A stretch of 64,000 nt of DNA from a virus. The translations under genes were made by a program, and so were the position numbers. Where the stretch lies: the IMG/VR virus record IMGVR_UViG_3300023184_000090, positions 1-64,000 of that record. One strand, 5' to 3'. Shown in pieces: positions 59,101 through 64,000 of the stretch (position 1 is the stretch's first letter; each line of letters opens with the position of its first letter). The notes below the pieces were generated by a model, which saw only the letters and a program-made list of their open reading frames with translations, was not told the origin of the DNA and did no database searches.

Positions 59101-59863
59101 CATCAACTATAAGCCGCCTAAGCTACCTGTAACGACAACGCCGCCGGTTACAACCACGCCTCCGACAACACCGACCCCTGGCATCCCAACAGCAGCGTCA
59201 AGTAGCGGTTCAACCGGAGGTGCTTTGCCTGTTGCGCCATCTCCGACAATGCTAGGTGCGGCACCTGTTGCCGGTGAACAATCTGGACTTCAAGAGCTTA
59301 TGCAAATGTACCCACAACTTACAAATGTTCGACCTGACATTATGAAGCTTTTGTCAGCAAAGTCGCCCACTAAGCAGTCATCTTCAAGCTCAGGCATGGG
59401 CACACCACTGATGAATGCAAGCATTTCAGGCGCACCATCGCCGCTATCGCCATTGCGGTCAATAGGCGGCACAAGCAGTGGTGGTCTTGGTGATGCATCA
59501 ACGTCAAATTCGCCTACCGGATTGATGAACCAAGGTATAAAATTGCTTGGGTATGCAAAAGGCGGGTCTGTAGAAGACCACGTGCCTGAATTCATCACTG
59601 GAAAAACAGGTAACTATGTTCGAGGTGAAGGTGACGGCCAAAGCGATGACATCCCTGCAATGCTTGCAGACGGTGAATACGTGTTTGATGCGGATGTTGT
59701 TGCGGCACTAGGCAATGGCTCTAACGAGGCAGGTGCCGAAGTTCTTGATAAGTTGCGTGAGGCAATTAGGAAGCATAAGCGATCTGCGCCTGATGACAAG
59801 ATCCCACCAAAAGCAAAATCGCCTCTTGAATATCTAAAGGACGCATATCATGCCATTGACTGA
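56123..59863 (+). CDS. Large low-complexity internal virion / ejection protein with C-terminal YAKGG...G.GDGQSD.IPAML.DGEYV module
   Basis: 1246 aa, Pro/Thr/Asp-rich repeats, conserved-looking C-terminal module; position after the nozzle gene. Confidence 0.6.
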   Translation: MNRQAWALLGVPDLPVDAFKHVGDRKIKPHILGIDNPFHGDSNSNGSSGGGGGWDPFNGSIIPGVNNPFQGGSSTWLPGAGDLNPFNPNSAVGQATRGVGELNVWNPDSEAGKIANKLAKDIGSTVEAIAKDPKKLAAVAVMIAFPAAASSVASYLLPAEFVAAYPTIATIIGQTAVNTATNGGDVKAAVTSAALQYGAPKAADWLAKSYASDAVSRALTDWAAKATVDVGLSAAMGKDPMTALIFSGQQAAVDAVLKYTGIGDQVSKLPDTAAKALKAAVTAKFNGVDPSKAAANAMVQDAIASAQNMVKAQAKLAAAGVKTLTEKQLAGIPHILTPAAAESLVKVQQAADKAGHALTAKDINEASWSFKDNGGDADTWQELTTVDQDAINKIIGSWDNADDKTDSSSTSNPTNINANQKFYESLADDFIVAVDQNGNQYTKAQYEDWLDSQDDTATEPTSQPLKPTPPPPTAVTLVTPDMPDVDSYSDREVSNATRLWVENHGRQPTEDELQNVLSGGWGKYDAPAVQQPGQPTGSLPVASEDTSEPGNIFAFGRSWTKSEYDNYVEEQRAAAEAKYAADLQAAQAAQRAKTEAESNAAHLKWEQEQLALGRHVYKPSEPAQPPAALPVAPPPPIEPAALPVTQPTEPVQTALPVTLPPPTGTQLASADRNFSAEAGPITVTGTPIFAGDSRSNDVDPPPGFRLLDKSEGTPKFNEELDGYVDTQKGTFYDPVQNAWFTKDVNSTAEIAELRDWLLNSGLPAGFGNVVADLAEDGGVGPNTELELSDEDIALYQSIAQNDGFLSLTPNGSYKWVKTNDPSAFDDEEGYYVVGDSGESQWVDKETLQTIDDILEEHKTPDKPDGALPVIDGRETTGPLTNPTTGPSTDGPTGPSTDGPTGPSTDGPTGPLTDPVTDPVTDPVTDPVTDPVTDPVEEEPVEEEPVTDPVTDPVEEEPDGGCGEGWHWDGSKCVLDDDPVPVTKEDDIPTDDPNINYKPPKLPVTTTPPVTTTPPTTPTPGIPTAASSSGSTGGALPVAPSPTMLGAAPVAGEQSGLQELMQMYPQLTNVRPDIMKLLSAKSPTKQSSSSSGMGTPLMNASISGAPSPLSPLRSIGGTSSGGLGDASTSNSPTGLMNQGIKLLGYAKGGSVEDHVPEFITGKTGNYVRGEGDGQSDDIPAMLADGEYVFDADVVAALGNGSNEAGAEVLDKLREAIRKHKRSAPDDKIPPKAKSPLEYLKDAYHAID
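58772..58993 (+). repeat. Coding VNTR: 3x24 bp (TGPSTDGP), 6+2x12 bp (TDPV), 15-bp EEEPV units
   Basis: ACAGGCCCTAGCACAGAYGGGCCA x3; ACTGAYCCTGTW x8; GAAGAAGAGCCT x3. Confidence 0.9.
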
Positions 59864-60938
59864 AGGCGCACCACTCGCAAACATTACAACCACGCAAGGG
59901 CAGACAACCACTGCCCCAACGTGGTACACCGACTATCTTAGCGATGCAGCTAAGAACGTTACAGCACAAACCACAGGCCCTAATGCTGCACAGTACGTAG
60001 GTGCTCAGCCGCTACAAGAACAGGCGTATACTGCAGCAGGTGCACTACCTGGCACATATCAGCCATCACTTCAGTCTGGCTTGGCTTTAACCAACACGGT
60101 CGGCTCTACTGATGTAGCAAAACGTGCCGGCGAGTTCATGAACCCCTACACACAGAACGTAGTGGATGCAATGGGCACTCTAGGCCAACGGAATATTCAA
60201 CAGTTCTTGGCGCCACAAGCCACTTCAGCTGCTGTAGGATCAGGTCAGTTTGGTTCTAAACGAGGAGCTGAGGTACTAGGCCAGGCGATTAACACAGGCC
60301 TCCAGAACATCAACTACAATCAAGGACAGGCCTTGCAGACTGGGTATACCCAGGCACTTCAAGCCGCCCAAGCAGATCAGCAAAACAAGCTGGCTGCAGG
60401 TGCTCAAATGGGTAGTCTTGCCACGGCAGGCCAGAACTTGGATCTTGCAGACATCAATGCACTGTCTACGATGGGTGCTCAGCAACAGACCATCAAGCAA
60501 AACAAAGAGATGTTCCCGCTGGAGACAATTAACAAGGGTGCACAAGCACTTCGTGGTTACAGCATTCCGACGTCTGTTAGTTCTACGTACACAGGGCCTA
60601 TCCCAGGTGCATACTCTGCATCGCCATTACAGCAAATTGCAGGTCTCGGTGCAGTGGTTGCAGGTGCAAGTGGGACAGACTTTGGCAAAGCAGTCGGCAA
60701 TACGCTAAAGACGTCATGGGATCAAGCATTTAACCCAACTAAGATTGACAGCACTAAAGTCCCGCCTGGTTATACGCTTGACAAGAGCGGTAACTTTATG
60801 ACTGATGCAAATGGGAATCGATACACCGTTGATGAAAAAGGCAATATCAGCGGCTTTAACCCAGTCACATCTTGGGAAAGTGAGCCTACTGTAGGCGACA
60901 ACACAGGTGACGACGGCACAGACACCACAGGCGACTAA
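59850..60938 (+). CDS. DNA ejection / pilot protein (putative)
   Basis: Gln/Ala/Gly rich; FMNPYTQNVV, A...GQFGS.R, G.QQQ patterns typical of podoviral ejection proteins. Confidence 0.6.
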   Translation: MPLTEGAPLANITTTQGQTTTAPTWYTDYLSDAAKNVTAQTTGPNAAQYVGAQPLQEQAYTAAGALPGTYQPSLQSGLALTNTVGSTDVAKRAGEFMNPYTQNVVDAMGTLGQRNIQQFLAPQATSAAVGSGQFGSKRGAEVLGQAINTGLQNINYNQGQALQTGYTQALQAAQADQQNKLAAGAQMGSLATAGQNLDLADINALSTMGAQQQTIKQNKEMFPLETINKGAQALRGYSIPTSVSSTYTGPIPGAYSASPLQQIAGLGAVVAGASGTDFGKAVGNTLKTSWDQAFNPTKIDSTKVPPGYTLDKSGNFMTDANGNRYTVDEKGNISGFNPVTSWESEPTVGDNTGDDGTDTTGD

Positions 60939-60951
60939 TCGGAGCAACTAA

Positions 60952-62613
60952 ATGGCACTACCTGTAAGCAATCCTGTTCCGTCATCCATTCCTACGATGC
61001 TTGGGTCGGATGATCAAGCAAAGACTGAGTACTTTGATGCACTTCAAAAGACGCTAACTGCACTTGAAGCTCGTGCAAACCAAGGCACCAACTGGTGGCA
61101 AATTGCAGCGGCTGCACTAAACCCAGGCAGAACCGGCACGTTTGGTGAAGCCGTTGGCAACATTGCAGGCGCCATGGGTGCACAGCAAGACAAACAGCTT
61201 GAGATGCAAATACCTATTGCACAAGCAAGGGCACAGATTTCAGGGCAGAAATACGAAGTTGAGAATCAGTCCAAGGCAATTAAGATGTTGTCTGCGGCAA
61301 TAGGCATGCCGCCAGAACAAGTTTCGCAACAGCTTGCTAACGGCTCTCTACCTCCTGCTGCAGTGGCTAACATCTCGCCTCAAGCATACGCTGCAATTGC
61401 AACCTTGTCGCCTAAAGTCGGTGACATTGTAAAGAACATTGCCGAAATGAGCAATAAAAATGCAACCTTAAACCTGGAAACTGATAAGTTTAAAGAAGTA
61501 AAGACACAGAACCAAGTTACTAATGCAAGAGAAGATCTAAAGTCTGGCATGGGCATTGCTGAGTTGGTTGCAAAGTATGGCCAAGCCATTGTTAGCATGA
61601 TCAACACTAATAAACCTTCGGCACCTGCGCCTGCACCGATACCTGGCAGCCCTGGAACTGGCGGCCCTGGGATGCCTGCACCTCCTCCTATGCAAGTAGG
61701 CGTACCTGGGCCACAGCCTACAGCACCTCCAATGGTTGGTCCCCCACAAATGAGCATGCCTGCAGTCCAAGGGCCGCCAGCTGCACCTCCGATGGCACCT
61801 CGTCCTGCGCCGGCTCCTGCAGGTGGTATGCCACCGCTTTCATCAGGTCCGACAATTGCACCAAGACCAAGCCCAATGTCAGGCATTCGGCCTGACTTGC
61901 AAGTACCTCCTGATGTTACACAAACAGCAAACGACTTGGCAGGATTGCCATTGGCAGGTCAAATTGAAGTTCAGAAGAAGCGAATAGAAGATGCTGACAA
62001 GATATGGCAGACCAAGCGTGATGAGATCATTAACTACACGCCACAGCTTGTACAAGGATCCAATACGAATCTTCGTAAGCTAGATTTCTACGCAACTAAG
62101 TACCCTGAGGTCTTTGGGCTAATGCAAAAGCAAGGCACAATTGCAGCATTGCAACAAGCAGCACAAGATGGCGTTAATCTGTCAGCAGGTCAGTTCAATG
62201 CTCGGATCGGGTTAAACGTTAAAGGGTTCTTAGAGAAAGTCAGGCTAGACACTGATCAGCAACAAGCAGTGCGTGATGTCACTCGTGTCTTAGGCGAAGA
62301 GTTTTTGTCTAACGTTAAAGCCAATAAAGGCTTGTTGGGTGTGAACCCCACGGATAACGATGCTCGTTTGTTGCAGGCACCTATGGTGAACACGGATGAT
62401 TCATCCAAGGCGGTTCAAATGTGGGCACGGAATCAACTGTTATTGAACAAGCAGCGTGAAGCTTTGTACAACGGTTACCAACAGCATGCTGAAAAAGCAG
62501 GGCCTAGTGCATCGCCTGGTAGCTTCTTCCGTCCTGGCAGCATCTACGAGAAAATCAACGATGACTATGCCAAGTATCGCATGCAGCTGTTCAATCAATT
62601 CAATCCCAAGTGA
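60952..62613 (+). CDS. Internal virion / ejection protein (putative)
   Basis: 553 aa, Pro-rich linker, helical C-domain with PTD.DA..L. Confidence 0.5.
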   Translation: MALPVSNPVPSSIPTMLGSDDQAKTEYFDALQKTLTALEARANQGTNWWQIAAAALNPGRTGTFGEAVGNIAGAMGAQQDKQLEMQIPIAQARAQISGQKYEVENQSKAIKMLSAAIGMPPEQVSQQLANGSLPPAAVANISPQAYAAIATLSPKVGDIVKNIAEMSNKNATLNLETDKFKEVKTQNQVTNAREDLKSGMGIAELVAKYGQAIVSMINTNKPSAPAPAPIPGSPGTGGPGMPAPPPMQVGVPGPQPTAPPMVGPPQMSMPAVQGPPAAPPMAPRPAPAPAGGMPPLSSGPTIAPRPSPMSGIRPDLQVPPDVTQTANDLAGLPLAGQIEVQKKRIEDADKIWQTKRDEIINYTPQLVQGSNTNLRKLDFYATKYPEVFGLMQKQGTIAALQQAAQDGVNLSAGQFNARIGLNVKGFLEKVRLDTDQQQAVRDVTRVLGEEFLSNVKANKGLLGVNPTDNDARLLQAPMVNTDDSSKAVQMWARNQLLLNKQREALYNGYQQHAEKAGPSASPGSFFRPGSIYEKINDDYAKYRMQLFNQFNPK

Positions 62614-62621
62614 GGTAGTGC

Positions 62622-63803
62622 ATGACTGATGTCGATAAGATCTTAAACACACCTCCTGGTCAAGCCTTGGCCAATGAAGATCAAGACATGGGCAACCCAC
62701 TTGCCGAACTTGACCCTATCTTTGCAGCGCCTATCGGCGCCAGTCCTGGTGCCGGCAAGCCGACAACAACTAAGCAACCGTACGACTACACACCTGAGCT
62801 TGTAGGCGGTGTGACAGGTGCAGTTGTAGGAAATAGAGCACCCAAGTATGAAAACCCAAAGTTGCTTGGGGCAAAAGCAGATCTTGCCAGTGCACAAGCC
62901 GTCGAAGGTGGTGTTAATAGCGATCTGATTAAAAAGCAAGGCGCTCGTTTAGATGCCATGGACACTGCACGTCTTGCAGCACAAGATGCACAAGCCGAAG
63001 TAAACGCTACACGTCAGGCACTGTCACAAGCTGAAGCAAATGCATCCAAGTTTTCAGTGCCAGAAAAAACAGCTCTTCCTGCTGCACAAGTAGCCGAAGA
63101 TGTTGCCAAAGGCACATCAGAAGTCAAAGGTGCATTGACCCAAGGTGCTCTTCGACACTCTGAGAAGATGGGTGAAGTCCGAGAAGCCAACCAAGTCAGG
63201 AAAGGCATTGCCGGGTATCAGCAAGGTCTGCCTGCTTCCGAACGTATGCCCTTAACCGGATATTCACAGTCAAGCCGCTTGATCGTGCCGAATGAGCTGG
63301 CTAATGCGCCCGTTAAAACCGCTGCACAGATCGAAGCTGAAAATGCGCTTAATAAAGCAAAAGAAGCCCATGACGCAGCTATTAAACGTGCTGCTGACTT
63401 GAAAGTCCAACAAGAGCGATTGGCAAAACCGTCAGGCAGTGAAGCAAGAAATCTTGAAAATCTTGACAAAGCCAAGAATGCAAGGTTGGGCGCCCAAGCC
63501 ACTGTGGATGAACTTACCAAAGCAAGAAGCTTGCTGTCTAAGATCCCAGGGCTCAATATGATCATGGGCGGATTGTCAGGCGCAGAGCTTGTCTATGCAT
63601 ACCGACAGCTAGAAGCTGGCAACACTGTTGATGCCGTGATAGCAGGGTTAAGCGGCGTCGGTGGGTTGGTCAGCCTTGCACCACATCCTGCAGCAAAGCT
63701 GGTTGGGACTGCTATGACGATCCCTGGGTTGGCATACCAAGGCTACAAGGAAGCCAAAGAGCAAGGCTTTGAAATGCCAACCGTCAACTCAATGGGCAAT
63801 TAA
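62622..63803 (+). CDS. Internal virion protein (putative), last gene of the structural operon
   Basis: Ala-rich coiled coil with a Gly-rich hydrophobic C-terminus. Confidence 0.5.
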   Translation: MTDVDKILNTPPGQALANEDQDMGNPLAELDPIFAAPIGASPGAGKPTTTKQPYDYTPELVGGVTGAVVGNRAPKYENPKLLGAKADLASAQAVEGGVNSDLIKKQGARLDAMDTARLAAQDAQAEVNATRQALSQAEANASKFSVPEKTALPAAQVAEDVAKGTSEVKGALTQGALRHSEKMGEVREANQVRKGIAGYQQGLPASERMPLTGYSQSSRLIVPNELANAPVKTAAQIEAENALNKAKEAHDAAIKRAADLKVQQERLAKPSGSEARNLENLDKAKNARLGAQATVDELTKARSLLSKIPGLNMIMGGLSGAELVYAYRQLEAGNTVDAVIAGLSGVGGLVSLAPHPAAKLVGTAMTIPGLAYQGYKEAKEQGFEMPTVNSMGN

Positions 63804-64000
63804 GCCGAGTCAATCGCCGACTTTGCTTTTTCGATCATTTGGTTCTGGATGTTCTTGACATCCGTAACAGACAAATGAACCACATTGTCATGCTCTTCAT
63901 TAGATGCCACAACCAATGCTGACTCAATGGCGTGCTTACAGCGTTGCCGCATCAGTATGCCGCCTACTGTAAAAGCTTCAAGCCAAACACTGTAAGGGTC
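63800..64000 (-). CDS. 3' end of a convergent hypothetical gene (truncated by the window)
   Basis: Open frame DPYSVWLEAF...KAKSAIDSA*; its stop overlaps the stop of 62622-63803 (TTAA). Confidence 0.55.
   Translation of the reverse strand, partial: DPYSVWLEAFTVGGILMRQRCKHAIESALVVASNEEHDNVVHLSVTDVKNIQNQMIEKAKSAIDSA

Noticed and set aside
1-64000. Prophage or integrated element; alternative genetic code
   Set aside because: No integrase, att-like boundary or host genes are visible; genes are full length and densely packed under the standard code

Overview
The window is entirely tailed-phage DNA (Caudoviricetes, podovirus-like gene set). The host cannot be determined from the sequence. It splits into two parts. 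LEFT (1 to about 16.3 kb, GC-richer): the 3' part of a giant polyvalent/internal virion protein (HExxH zincin motif plus LPD38-like C-terminus) converges on a leftward replication operon encoding a primase-DUF927 helicase, an SSB-like protein, a SNF2 helicase, HNH, a PD-(D/E)XK exonuclease, a family A DNA polymerase of the L762 type and VRR-NUC. RIGHT (about 16.3-64 kb, AT-richer): small leftward early genes, an AT-rich divergent promoter region, DUF932, a SECOND primase-helicase (Toprim plus SF3) followed by an iteron-type origin candidate and a structured RNA candidate, then an apparently complete morphogenesis module (TerS, TerL, a 1732-aa protein, portal, GroES, scaffold, capsid, adaptor, four paralogous fibre genes, lysis genes, tail and ejection proteins). 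The most interesting signals are: (i) a [FYML][KA]xGG motif found 16 times by eye, in only five virion-module proteins, one of which is built from cassettes delimited by it, which suggests a double-glycine processing or encapsidation signal; (ii) a four-gene paralogous receptor-binding array; (iii) two replication modules plus a duplicated gene, suggesting a two-phage mosaic or an assembly chimera. No integrase, CRISPR array, reverse transcriptase or complete tRNA was seen. All product calls come from motif recognition and gene order, not from database searches.
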